A stretch of DNA of 64,000 nt. Origin: Minisyncoccota bacterium. Its GTDB lineage: Bacteria; Patescibacteriota; Minisyncoccia; Phycocordibacterales; UBA2100. Every line of letters begins with the position of its first letter. Within the stretch, counting starts at the first letter, position 1. The notes below the pieces were generated by a model that had not been told where the DNA came from, searched no databases, and saw nothing but the letters and a program-made list of their open reading frames with translations. Location: NCBI GenBank assembly GCA_031291875.1, contig JARLIE010000183.1, positions 129,356 to 193,355 of the forward strand, read 5' to 3'. The position numbers and the translations under genes were made by a program. Below, piece by piece: positions 44,455 through 53,741 of this stretch.

Positions 44455-46191
44455 TTAATTTACGATAAACGTAAGCGTATTGCTTGTTCCCCAGGGGTTC
44501 ATGACCGAGACATTGTACGAACCAGGCGTGACCTGCTGCGCGTATTGCGGGCAAGCGTAGCCACCGCTTTGGCAGTACGGCGTCAGGTACGACGGTACGG
44601 TGAATATGATCGAGTTGCCGTTTGAGTAGACATTCTGGATCGCGCCGCTACCGAAGTAGATGACGTTGTTGTTGCCGGTCGAGAAGTTGGATCCGTAAAT
44701 CGTCACCATCGTACCGATGTGTCCGGAGTTCGGCGCAAGGTACGAGATCGTCGGCGCGCCGCTATTCGTGCCGCCGGTGCCGGAAACGTTTACCGTCGTG
44801 GTATACGAGTTGGTTTGGCCGTTCGTGCTACTCACCGTGAAGATCACCGTATACGTGCCCGGGTTGAAGTACGTGTGCGTGAACGACGAGGTTTGGGAGT
44901 TGTAGACAGTCTGCGGCGCAGCCATGTTGACGTAGCCGTTGCCGGTGTCGCCCCACGAGGCCGAGACGGTCGTGTACGTGTTGCCCTGCGTGTTGATTTG
45001 CATCGTCCACGTTCCCTGCTGGCCACTCGTGAGATTGTTCGGACCGGAAACACTCGTGATGGTCGGTGCGCTGCCGCTGTAGGCTGAAGTGACCGAGAAT
45101 TGCACGATATTGGTCGAGACGTTCAGTGAGTTGGTGACGGATACGTTGTAGGTACCGACGACAACCGGTTGCGAGCCGAAGCCCGTGAGCTGCGACGGAA
45201 CCTGGAACGAGAGCGACTGGCCATCGGGCGATTGCAAGCCGGTGACGATGCCGTTACCGAAGTGAACGGTGTTGTTGGTGCTCGTGAAGCCGCTACCGTA
45301 GATCGTGACGTTCGTGCCAACGCCGCCAGATTGCGGGGTGATATAGGTGATGGACGGCGAGCTCGTGTTGCCTTGGCAGTTGTTGTATCCGTACGTGTAG
45401 CCACCGCAGGTGCCGCAGGTGTTGTTGTAGCCGTAGTTGTACGGATAGCCGTTGGTGCCGCAGGTATTCCACACATTCGGATTGAGTGTGAACGTCACCG
45501 TATTGCTCGTTCCACTGTAATCGGAGACGGAGAGTTGGATCGTCTGATTTGCCGAATAGGAATAGGTGTAAGGAATGGTGAACGTAAGGGACGTGCCGTT
45601 GCTCGAGGCGACACCCGGAACGATTTGGTTGCCGAAGTTGATCGTATTGTTGTACGGATCAAAACCCTGACCGTAGATCGTGACGCTTTGGCCAGCAGTG
45701 CCGGTGTTCTGGGAGAGCGAGGTGATCACCGGGATGCCGTTATTGGAGTAATTGTAGGGGTAGCCGTTGCCGTAGGTGTAGTTGGAAGGATAGGAGTAGT
45801 TGTTGGGGTATGTGGTTCCGTAGGGGTATGCCGTGTAGCCCGGGTATCCAGGATACGAATAGGTACCGCTGACGTAGCCACTTGAACCGCCGCTGCAGCT
45901 CTGCAGTGCCGCGAGCGTAGCGTAATCAACGATGCCGCTTTGCGACAAACCGTGCTGCTGCTGGAAGATACGTACCGCCGCTGCAGTCGCCTGGCCGTAG
46001 TAGCCAGTGACCATCCACGATCCGCCGCCCGGATAGTTTTGAGAAACAAGAAATTGTTGCAACGCGGAAACTTGCGACCCGCGTGAACCGAGCGAGAGCG
46101 TGCTCGAAATCGAGGCACAACCTGCCTGCGCGGAAGCAACACCCCCGATAAGCGCGAGTCCGACGACCGCTGAGATAATGAGTTTTTTCAT
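44455..46191 (-). CDS. Cell-surface protein: signal peptide, peptidoglycan-binding domain, Tyr/Gly/Pro low-complexity linker, three IPT/TIG-like repeats, PKD domain
   Basis: MKKLIISAVVGLALIGGVASAQA; PG_binding_1 (LSLGSRGSQVSALQQFLVSQ...ATAAAVRIFQQQHGL); repeats PxITxxSxxSGxxGTxVTIYGxGF; PKD-like WGDTGNG...HTYFNPGTYTV. Confidence 0.8.
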   Translation of the reverse strand: MKKLIISAVVGLALIGGVASAQAGCASISSTLSLGSRGSQVSALQQFLVSQNYPGGGSWMVTGYYGQATAAAVRIFQQQHGLSQSGIVDYATLAALQSCSGGSSGYVSGTYSYPGYPGYTAYPYGTTYPNNYSYPSNYTYGNGYPYNYSNNGIPVITSLSQNTGTAGQSVTIYGQGFDPYNNTINFGNQIVPGVASSNGTSLTFTIPYTYSYSANQTIQLSVSDYSGTSNTVTFTLNPNVWNTCGTNGYPYNYGYNNTCGTCGGYTYGYNNCQGNTSSPSITYITPQSGGVGTNVTIYGSGFTSTNNTVHFGNGIVTGLQSPDGQSLSFQVPSQLTGFGSQPVVVGTYNVSVTNSLNVSTNIVQFSVTSAYSGSAPTITSVSGPNNLTSGQQGTWTMQINTQGNTYTTVSASWGDTGNGYVNMAAPQTVYNSQTSSFTHTYFNPGTYTVIFTVSSTNGQTNSYTTTVNVSGTGGTNSGAPTISYLAPNSGHIGTMVTIYGSNFSTGNNNVIYFGSGAIQNVYSNGNSIIFTVPSYLTPYCQSGGYACPQYAQQVTPGSYNVSVMNPWGTSNTLTFIVN

Positions 46192-46295
46192 ATGTATAAT
46201 GACGAAATAATGGCTAATTTGCTTACTCGGACGGCCTGCCGAGCCAGTAATAAACTTACTATGCGTCAAACTACCCTTGCTTGTCAAGGATGGAG

Positions 46296-46814
46296 CTACT
46301 TCTCACCGTCGAAGTATCCGAGTGATTCATCTTCCTTTCCGACGTAGCGGAATTGTTTGGGCGAACCGTCCGGATTGGTCCCTTCGACGTGCAAAATCGC
46401 GAATTTCTTTGAGTCCGGATAATCACAGATTTCGGGTCCCTCTTTGGTCGAGAAGGACAAGTATTTGAGTTCAGTATTCGAAGTATTCACGATCTGGTGC
46501 GCTGTTTCCGGACCACCTGGTGGGTGTGCGATGAGATCGCCCGCTCGGATCTTGAACGTTTCGTTGCCGATGCGCACTTCCCCTTCGCCCGCGAGTATGA
46601 AAAACAATTCTTCGTTGACGCGATGATTATGGAATTGAAACGCGCGCTTTCCCGGCGGTACGATTGTCAGGTTGTAGCCAAGTTTTTGAGCGCCGATGAG
46701 CGGCGCGATAAAACCTAGCTTAACGCCTTCGTACTTTTCTTTCAGGTGATCCGGGATCGGGGCCGAGAATGGCTTCGGTTCGATCTCATCAAGGTTAACG
46801 ATGTGCTTTTCCAT
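46296..46814 (-). CDS. Cupin-domain protein
   Basis: Cupin_2-type motifs (HNHRVNEELFFILAGEGEVRIGNETFKIRAGDLIAHPPG). Confidence 0.8.
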   Translation of the reverse strand: MEKHIVNLDEIEPKPFSAPIPDHLKEKYEGVKLGFIAPLIGAQKLGYNLTIVPPGKRAFQFHNHRVNEELFFILAGEGEVRIGNETFKIRAGDLIAHPPGGPETAHQIVNTSNTELKYLSFSTKEGPEICDYPDSKKFAILHVEGTNPDGSPKQFRYVGKEDESLGYFDGEK

Positions 46815-46820
46815 ATATCC

Positions 46821-47198
46821 TTAGAGTAGTGCGAACGCGACGAGTGCGGCAATGGCGGTTGCGAATGTCCCCCAGGCGACATCGACGCACACAAAGAGTA
46901 CCGGCCAGTCGCGGAGCGTCGCGAGATTCGTGAGGTCGTACGTCATATAGGCGACAAAACCGAGCGCGGCACCTCGTGCAAGTGCGCCACCGAGTGTCGA
47001 TGAGGTTGATACCGCGAAATACACGATCGCCCCCGCATACAGTATGTAAAACAGCGCTGCCGCCCACCAGATGATCCGATCGCCAAAGAGGTGTCCGATT
47101 TCTGACTGCACGAAACTTCGACTGACGATCCCAAGCCAAAGCGCATCCAGAATCGTCAGGGTCGCGAACGCCGCAAGATAGGCGATCCCTAATTTCAT
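46821..47198 (-). CDS. DUF2177-family membrane protein
   Basis: LDALWLG...WAAALFYILYAGAIVYFAV...YMTYDLTNLATLRDWP; start chosen at the internal Met MKLGIAY. Confidence 0.7.
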   Translation of the reverse strand: MKLGIAYLAAFATLTILDALWLGIVSRSFVQSEIGHLFGDRIIWWAAALFYILYAGAIVYFAVSTSSTLGGALARGAALGFVAYMTYDLTNLATLRDWPVLFVCVDVAWGTFATAIAALVAFALL

Positions 47199-47284
47199 AC
47201 CGTGCAGTATAGCAGAAGCGAATAGCAAAGGTGAGGGATTCATGAATGTTGGACGAACTTTTACTATGCCGATAGCATACATTC

Positions 47285-47968
47285 ATGCAAAGCTCATCTG
47301 CCGCGCGCCTCGTCGGCGCGTCCGTCATCGCCGCTACTACTCTCGCCTGTTTACCGCTCCCGATCGTTCCCGCAAGGCTCGCACAGAATAGCTTCGTACC
47401 GTCTTCGCTCGTTACTGCAGCGACGACCGTCGAAGCGCGAGCACAAACAACGAACGGTACGCTCTCCAGTTCTCTCACCGGGATGGTTGGGACTTCTCAT
47501 GTATCCGCGTCCCTTACAGGCAAGGTCCAGCAAGCGACACAATCCGGCACGCGCTTGGTCATTCCAGGAATTACGCTCAACGACGCGATCATTCCAGTCG
47601 GTCTCACCGCTGGCGGTGCAATGGCGGTGCCCAGCGGTAAGTCGAGCAACGTTGGCTGGTACGACGGCGGCCCGCGCCCGGGCGCTGTGGGCACTGCGGT
47701 CCTCGACGCGCACGTCTTCGCCGCATTTTCGAAACTCAAGAACGTTTCGGTCGGCGACAGTATCTATGTCGAAGAAAACGGTCAGTCGCTTCACTTCCTT
47801 GTCACGGCCACCAAACTATTTGCGCTCTCGCAAATCACCTCCAACGACCTCTTCACGCCGAACGCCTCCGGCCGCAACCTCAACCTCATCACCTGTGCCG
47901 GTAAACTCACTGCCGATCACTCGACCTACGATCACCGTCTCGTTATTTACGCGACGCTCGTCCAGTAA
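47285..47968 (+). CDS. Sortase-family transpeptidase (second copy)
   Basis: TRLVIPGITLNDAIIP, AVLDAHVF (catalytic His), LNLITCAG (Cys). Confidence 0.85.
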   Translation: MQSSSAARLVGASVIAATTLACLPLPIVPARLAQNSFVPSSLVTAATTVEARAQTTNGTLSSSLTGMVGTSHVSASLTGKVQQATQSGTRLVIPGITLNDAIIPVGLTAGGAMAVPSGKSSNVGWYDGGPRPGAVGTAVLDAHVFAAFSKLKNVSVGDSIYVEENGQSLHFLVTATKLFALSQITSNDLFTPNASGRNLNLITCAGKLTADHSTYDHRLVIYATLVQ

Positions 47969-48013
47969 ACCCCAAAGAACGTCCGCTAGGCTTAGAGTTG
48001 CATTGCGAGTAAA

Positions 48014-49294
48014 ATGCCTGCACTATCGAAGGAGTCAATACTCAAAGGAGGGTTTCCTATGGACGCCTCGATCAGAGCCGCTAGGCTTTCGACTTCCGAG
48101 CTCATGCTGCTGCAGGAGCGCTACGGCACGAATCACTACGTACCCTACCCTATCGCAATGGCACAGGGCAGAAACGTATACCTCTGGGATCTCGACAAGA
48201 AAAAGTATCTCGACATGAACGCCACATACTCGGCGATCGCGGTCGGGCACAATCATCCAGAAATGAACCAGGTGCTGATCCGGCAGTTGAACAAGCTCAC
48301 CAGCGTGTCGAACATGTTTCTCAACGAGCACGCGCCGATCCTACTGATGGAACTTTGTAAGCTCACCGGTTTGGACCGCGCGATCCTGATGAACACGGGT
48401 GCCGAAGCATTCGAAACCGCCGTAAAAGCGGTGCGGCGTTGGGCGTATCGAAAGAAAGGCATACCCGCCGGCAAAGCTGAGATCATCGTCGCGACGAACA
48501 ACTTCCATGGACGCACGATCAATGCCATCAGCGCGTCCTCGGAGGAGAAGTATCGCCAGGATTTCGGACCGTTCGTGCCTGGATTCGTGCTGGTCCCGTT
48601 CGGAAACAGCAACGCGCTTGCGGCCGCCATCAAACCTGAAACGGCGGCGATCATCGTCGAGCCGATCCAGGGCGAGGGCGGGGTAAATGTCCCGTCGACC
48701 GACTACATGTGTGAAATTTCCGAGCTATGCGCCAAGTACAACATGTTGCTTTGTTTCGACGAGGTTCAAACGGGCTTGGGCCGGACGGGAAAACTTTTCG
48801 CGTTCGAGCACTGGCTCATCGAGCCGGATCTTGTAATGCTCGGAAAAGCGCTCGGCGGCTATGTTCCGATTTCCGCAGTCGTAGGTAAGGATAAAGTCAT
48901 GAGCGGTTTTACACCAGGCTCGCATGGAAGCACGTTCGGGGGTAACCCGCTCGCGTGCGCCGTGGCGCTCAAATCGATCGAGCTCATTACGCGTTTTGAT
49001 TGCGAGCTCGTTCGCAACGCAAATGAAACGGGAGGGTATCTGCTTCGGAAGCTCACCAAGCGACTCGAGCTCAATCCGAAGGTGCTTGAAATCCGAGGGC
49101 GAGGACTTCTCATCGGCATCGCGCTCGATCCTGAAGAATTGAGTGCTGCAGATGCTCGCACCAAACTTCTCCAATGCGGGATTGTCGCGGGCGCGGCGAG
49201 CAATAACGTGCTGCGTCTCTCTCCCCCGCTTACATTCACCAAAACGCATGTGAATCTGGCGTTGCCGCGAATCGTATGCGCGCTTACCACTTGA
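48014..49294 (+). CDS. rocD: Ornithine aminotransferase-like class-III PLP aminotransferase
   Basis: SELMLLQERYGTNHYVPYPIAMAQGRNVYLWDLDKKKYLDM closely parallels OAT; CFDEVQTGLGRTGKLFA; Lys in LGKALGGG-type block. Confidence 0.88.
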   Translation: MPALSKESILKGGFPMDASIRAARLSTSELMLLQERYGTNHYVPYPIAMAQGRNVYLWDLDKKKYLDMNATYSAIAVGHNHPEMNQVLIRQLNKLTSVSNMFLNEHAPILLMELCKLTGLDRAILMNTGAEAFETAVKAVRRWAYRKKGIPAGKAEIIVATNNFHGRTINAISASSEEKYRQDFGPFVPGFVLVPFGNSNALAAAIKPETAAIIVEPIQGEGGVNVPSTDYMCEISELCAKYNMLLCFDEVQTGLGRTGKLFAFEHWLIEPDLVMLGKALGGYVPISAVVGKDKVMSGFTPGSHGSTFGGNPLACAVALKSIELITRFDCELVRNANETGGYLLRKLTKRLELNPKVLEIRGRGLLIGIALDPEELSAADARTKLLQCGIVAGAASNNVLRLSPPLTFTKTHVNLALPRIVCALTT

Positions 49295-49340
49295 GTAGCC
49301 GTACCCTTTGGCCCCGACGATGTCGGGGCCATTTTTTATG

Positions 49341-49706
49341 CTAGTTCTTTTTGAACGTCACCGCTTCAATATTGTTACCATCGGGATCGAACACGAATGC
49401 GGCGTAATAATCCGGCGAATAATCTTTTCGTACACCGGGCTTCCCGTTGTCTTTGCCGCCGGCTTTAAGCGCGGCTTTGTGGAACGCCCGCACTTCGGCT
49501 CTACTTTTTGCACGAAACGCGATGTGCGTCGTGTCTTGCTGTTTTTTCGCGGCAATCCAAAAACTCGTATGGCCGCCTTGCTTGAACCCTGCCGCCTGGG
49601 GAGAATAATCCTGCGTCAGTTTGTATCCGAGCGGTTTCAACGCCGCGAGATAAAACGCTTTCGCCTTCTCAAAATTTCTAACTGGTACTGATACGTGTTC
49701 GAGCAT
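49341..49706 (-). CDS. VOC-family (glyoxalase-like) protein
   Basis: MLEHVSVPVRNFEKAKAFYLAALKPLGY...AFVFDPDGNNIEAV. Confidence 0.8.
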   Translation of the reverse strand: MLEHVSVPVRNFEKAKAFYLAALKPLGYKLTQDYSPQAAGFKQGGHTSFWIAAKKQQDTTHIAFRAKSRAEVRAFHKAALKAGGKDNGKPGVRKDYSPDYYAAFVFDPDGNNIEAVTFKKN

Positions 49707-49853
49707 AGCTGGAGTATACCGCGCTATTTAAACGCAATATGTAGCGAGGAAGCGAGTTGCTGCAGGAAGGATTGCTCCGCATTGGAGGCGGCAAGTGCCG
49801 CGGGAGGATAGATCAGCAAGACGCCATACGAGGCGTTGGGAATAGTGTTTGTT

Positions 49854-49934
49854 ATGTCACACGCGTTCTACGGAAACAGGTACACAAACTATTCCATGAG
49901 CGGCTACGGAGGATACGGCGGTTACGGTTGGTAG
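49854..49934 (+). CDS. 26-aa Gly/Tyr-rich peptide ORF (MSHAFYGNRYTNYSMSGYGGYGGYGW), speculative
   Basis: ATG to TAG, followed by a hairpin/U-tract at 49955-49985; no Shine-Dalgarno. Confidence 0.2.
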   Translation: MSHAFYGNRYTNYSMSGYGGYGGYGW

Positions 49935-49954
49935 TAACAATCGACCGTACCTAA

Positions 49955-49985
49955 CAAAAACATCCCTGTCGGGTGTTTTTGTTAT
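49955..49985. terminator. Bidirectional hairpin (AAAAACAtCCC-tgtc-GGGTGTTTTT) between the GY-peptide ORF and the convergent YHYH gene
   Basis: A-tract/U-tract flank a short GC stem; the YHYH stop at 49982 overlaps the U-tract. Confidence 0.55.
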
Positions 49986-51265
49986 CGATTCGGTACGCAC
50001 GTGAGTGCCGATTGATTCGGCGGCGTTTGGCACGTTCCGGAAACGGTTCCGTTTTGCGCCGAGAACGAACAAGAAGCGCCGCTGCTATTGCCAGCGCATG
50101 CGGAAATTGCCGCCTGTGGAGGAGAAGGCGGCATTCCTTGCGAGCTCTGATTTTGTGTTCCTTGTTGCGGCTGACCTGACCCTCCCGCGGATTGCGAAGC
50201 GCCGCCCGGTTTTGGTTCGTACGATTTTCCACGGAAACAAGAAACGGAATACGGGAAATCTTGCGTGAGCACGTAGTGGTACATCGTCAGCGATTTGCCG
50301 TCGAGTGTGATTTGACTCGTGAGCCCATGACACTCGTCGAGATCGGCTGTGTGCAGGTAGTTGCCGCTGGGCAAAAGCGAACCGGTAATCGGGAAGCCGT
50401 CGAACGCGAATCCAACCACGGTCGAGACCGATTCTTTGACCGGTCCGCTTTCGAAACCGTGGTTGTGATACACACCCGTTTCATCCGGATGGCCTTCCGC
50501 TTGATCCTGCGTTTCGTGCGCGACCGCGTCTCGATATTCTGCGTCGAACCCGTCGAAGAGAGTGACACCATCGTCCATGATGCCAACCTGTCCGTAGATA
50601 CAATCAGGCGTCGCGAGTGTCGTGGGATGTACCGGCAATGTGAAGGTAAGGTTCTGCGCTTCAATCGTATTGGGATTGCGGTCTATCTGATACGCCGGAT
50701 CGGAACTTTGGATAGGAAACACGCCGGTGTTGTGATCGGTCGGGAGATCGTTGCTCTTGATAATTCGCTCACTCCCTGAAACCGTCATTGAATAGCTTGC
50801 ATTCGGCCAGCTGACGGAACCTTCGACTGCAATCTTTTGCGCGGGATACCATACGTTGCCGCTGATCCATGTTGGATTTCCTTGGGCACCTCCCCCTCCC
50901 TGCGCGACATGACACACATAGATGTATCCCTTCTTCGGGGCGGACGTCGAGTACTCGTAATCTCCGAGCGGAACGATTGTTTGCCAAGCGGAACCAGTCG
51001 GCAGCGTGACTTGCGTCGCGACGCCTGAGTTGGCCGATTCGCTACTCGTCGGAGCCGCTACGCTCGCGTGCGATGAAACTGTAGTTTGAAAGGTCGAATT
51101 GTTAGCAGATCCTGCGGTGGTTTGCGCCGGCGCAACAGCCACTTGTTGTGTCACTGTCGCCGCATGCTGCTGCGGTGACAGCACAACCGGTGCCTGCGGC
51201 GCGCCCAAACCTAGCAGTGATAAGAACCCTAACCACACTGAAACAAACAACGCTGCAATATTCAT
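49982..51265 (-). CDS. Secreted YHYH-domain protein
   Basis: Signal peptide MNIAALFVSVWLGFLSLLGLGA; ...MYHYVLTQDFPYSVSCFRG; Cys-rich C-terminus; TATACT-N6-ATG at the start. Confidence 0.7.
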   Translation of the reverse strand: MNIAALFVSVWLGFLSLLGLGAPQAPVVLSPQQHAATVTQQVAVAPAQTTAGSANNSTFQTTVSSHASVAAPTSSESANSGVATQVTLPTGSAWQTIVPLGDYEYSTSAPKKGYIYVCHVAQGGGGAQGNPTWISGNVWYPAQKIAVEGSVSWPNASYSMTVSGSERIIKSNDLPTDHNTGVFPIQSSDPAYQIDRNPNTIEAQNLTFTLPVHPTTLATPDCIYGQVGIMDDGVTLFDGFDAEYRDAVAHETQDQAEGHPDETGVYHNHGFESGPVKESVSTVVGFAFDGFPITGSLLPSGNYLHTADLDECHGLTSQITLDGKSLTMYHYVLTQDFPYSVSCFRGKSYEPKPGGASQSAGGSGQPQQGTQNQSSQGMPPSPPQAAISACAGNSSGASCSFSAQNGTVSGTCQTPPNQSALTCVPNR

Positions 51266-51277
51266 ACCCGCAGTATA
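51266..51277 (-). promoter_or_regulatory. Leaderless-type promoter -10 (TATACT, then 6 nt GCGGGT, then ATG) for the YHYH gene
   Basis: The minus strand reads TTTTATATACTGCGGGTATG. Confidence 0.45.
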
Positions 51278-51503
51278 TAAAAGAGAGCCGCCGAAATTTA
51301 CTTAATCCACAAGCGATATGCGAGATTCAAAGGGAAATAAAACCGCGCAAATGCGCATCTTTTAGCGGATAAGCTTGGGCGGCGTATGTCCCAAGCTCCT
51401 GGTTCGCCAGTACTATCGCGCCACCCTTCCTGCCAGCTTCGTATTCTATAGAAGCGGCTCTGAACCGCGTGTGAAAGGAAGGAGCACTCCGAAGTTCTAC
51501 CGC

Positions 51504-53000
51504 TTAAGCGAACCCTGGGAAGTAGTCTGTCTTGATTCGGGTGCGCCGCACCCCCATTCCACGAAGCATGTCCTTGAATGCACTCACCATCCCCTGCGGG
51601 CCCGAAATATAGAATGTTCGATCTAAAAGGTCCGGCACTTCTTTCGCGACGAGCTCTGCATCGATCGTCGATCCTTGCTCACTGAACGCGTAGACGACTT
51701 TGACGCCGAGTTCTCGCTGCGCGCGATCGAGCAGCTCGTGGTACACCGCATCGGCCGATGTTTTGTTCGAGTACAGAACGACGATGTCTCGCCTTTCGCC
51801 GACATCGAGCAGGTATTCGATCATGCTGCGAAACGGCGTAATGCCGATCCCGCCTGCGATAAAGACAAGTTTTTTGCGCGAATCGCGGGGCAAGGTGAAA
51901 TCGCCAGAAACCTGCGAGACGACCAGCTGCTGCCCCGGCTGCATGGCGTAGAGATGTTGTTTGAACGTGCTCGCCGGCGAATAGAATTTTACGCCGACGC
52001 GCAGGTCCGGATCGGTCGGTGAAGACGCTATCGTGAAGTATCGTCGCACGCTGCGGCTATCCGCGTGCGCGTGCGCGAGCGTCCATTCCATGTACTGCCC
52101 CGGGGCGTACGAAAACGCGCGCTCGGGCTGGAAAACGAACTCGAATACGTCGTGCGAGAGCTGCAGCTTTTCTTTGAGCGTGAGAACCAACTTTTCTTTC
52201 GAGCCGACAATGTAGGTGCCGAGGTTGCCAAGCAAGAGCGCGAGCTCGGGCGTGAAGTAGAACGAACCAATACTCACGTTGGGCAAGAAACAAACACCGA
52301 CGCCGAATGCATACAGCAGACGCCAGAGGCGCGAACCAGGGCTCGTCGCGGGCTCCGTTAGCATGATGGTTGAAAAGAAAAACGCGGGCGCGTAGATAAA
52401 GGATTGCTGGAACGAGCGAACGACGTCGAGACTATGATCGAACGAGAAGTACGCAATGCCAGCGGCGAACGTCAGCATGAACGTCCACCAAAGATCAAAG
52501 CGGTGAATTTTGCGCACGATCAAGAGTCCGCCCACTAGCGCAAAGGGTGCCATCGCAAGCGTACCGACCCACCAGCTCGCGGAGAGTCCCAGGGCAAAGG
52601 CTGTCGCCGCGACGCCGAACGCTGCCGGATTGAAGAGGTGCTTCTTGCGGATCGCGATGATGTATTTCGAGGCGATGGCGATCGAAGAGGCCCAGAACGC
52701 GAGCGGTATATAGGTCGCGTCAAAAAACGACGTCGGCGGCGTGATGATAAGCGCGAGGATGAGCGCCGTGATCCAGGTCGATTCTGGGTTGTATGGTGTT
52801 TCGAACGCGTAGGCGAATACATTATTGGTCGCCCAACAAACAAAGAAGATAAAAGCGGTGGACGCTGCGATCGAAATGGGGTTGTACGAGAGCATACCAA
52901 AAAACCCGAGTGTGGCAGCCGTTGCAAGCAAGAAGATCAACTCGTACAACACGAGCCGATACATCGTAATGCGGTTCAGGATGTTATCGATCGCTTTCAT
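51504..53000 (-). CDS. Polytopic membrane domain (NqrB/RnfD-like, HLFNPAAFG motif) fused to C-terminal ferredoxin-NADP-reductase-like FAD/NAD(P)-binding domain
   Basis: About 9 TM helices followed by RYFTIASSP (FAD-binding R-x-Y-S/T) and VFIAGGIGITPFRSMI (NAD-binding); start at MKAIDNIL, 17-nt overlap with apbE. Confidence 0.75.
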   Translation of the reverse strand: MKAIDNILNRITMYRLVLYELIFLLATAATLGFFGMLSYNPISIAASTAFIFFVCWATNNVFAYAFETPYNPESTWITALILALIITPPTSFFDATYIPLAFWASSIAIASKYIIAIRKKHLFNPAAFGVAATAFALGLSASWWVGTLAMAPFALVGGLLIVRKIHRFDLWWTFMLTFAAGIAYFSFDHSLDVVRSFQQSFIYAPAFFFSTIMLTEPATSPGSRLWRLLYAFGVGVCFLPNVSIGSFYFTPELALLLGNLGTYIVGSKEKLVLTLKEKLQLSHDVFEFVFQPERAFSYAPGQYMEWTLAHAHADSRSVRRYFTIASSPTDPDLRVGVKFYSPASTFKQHLYAMQPGQQLVVSQVSGDFTLPRDSRKKLVFIAGGIGITPFRSMIEYLLDVGERRDIVVLYSNKTSADAVYHELLDRAQRELGVKVVYAFSEQGSTIDAELVAKEVPDLLDRTFYISGPQGMVSAFKDMLRGMGVRRTRIKTDYFPGFA

Positions 53001-53739
53001 ATTCGTAGTGCGTGAACCCGAGTGTTTTAACCGCCGTTCCACTTTGATCAATCTGGTATCCTTCAAAACCTTCGAGTGAGCCGATGAACGAGATCCCCTG
53101 TTCGCCCATCGCAAATGCCGCGGTCGCGAAACGGTCGGCCTCGTACACGTTCGGGCCAATCACCGTGAGACTCGCGACCGTCGTTTCAACCGGTTTCTTC
53201 GCGATCGGATCATAGATATGCGCTCCGCGCGCGGCCGTCCCGGACGTCGCGATGCCCCGCCCTTGCGGGCATACTACTTTCACGATCTCATCGTGCGCAA
53301 GCGGATTACGAATACCGATTCGCCACTCCTGTGCGTCGGAATTTTTTCCCGCCGTTTGAATATCGCCCGCGATTTCGACATAGAAATTTTCGTACCCGCT
53401 CGAGCGCAATATATCGGCCGCTTTCTGAATAGCCCAGCCCTTCACGATACCCGAAGGATCGATGGAGCCGTTCGGCGTTGCTATATCAAAGTACCCGTTC
53501 GTTTGACGTTTCGTTTCTTCAGCGAGCGCAAAGATCTCGCGCATTTCCCTGCTGTAATCAGCCTGGGTTAGTTCACCGCGGTTGATTCGTGAAATTTCTG
53601 AGTCGGGTTTGTAGGTACTGAACCGCTCATCGACACTCGTAAAGAAATCGAAAGCGGTATCTAGTGATTCTTGTTTCACCGAGACATCGACGATTTCCAC
53701 CGTGGCCGGCATTCCCATGCTGTGGCGCGTTTCTTTCAT
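52984..53739 (-). CDS. apbE: FAD:protein FMN transferase (ApbE family)
   Basis: ApbE-like MGMPATVEIVD..., GYFDIATPNGSIDPSGIVKGWA, ATSGTAARG. Confidence 0.85.
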   Translation of the reverse strand: MKETRHSMGMPATVEIVDVSVKQESLDTAFDFFTSVDERFSTYKPDSEISRINRGELTQADYSREMREIFALAEETKRQTNGYFDIATPNGSIDPSGIVKGWAIQKAADILRSSGYENFYVEIAGDIQTAGKNSDAQEWRIGIRNPLAHDEIVKVVCPQGRGIATSGTAARGAHIYDPIAKKPVETTVASLTVIGPNVYEADRFATAAFAMGEQGISFIGSLEGFEGYQIDQSGTAVKTLGFTHYEYESDR

Positions 53740-53741
53740 GG

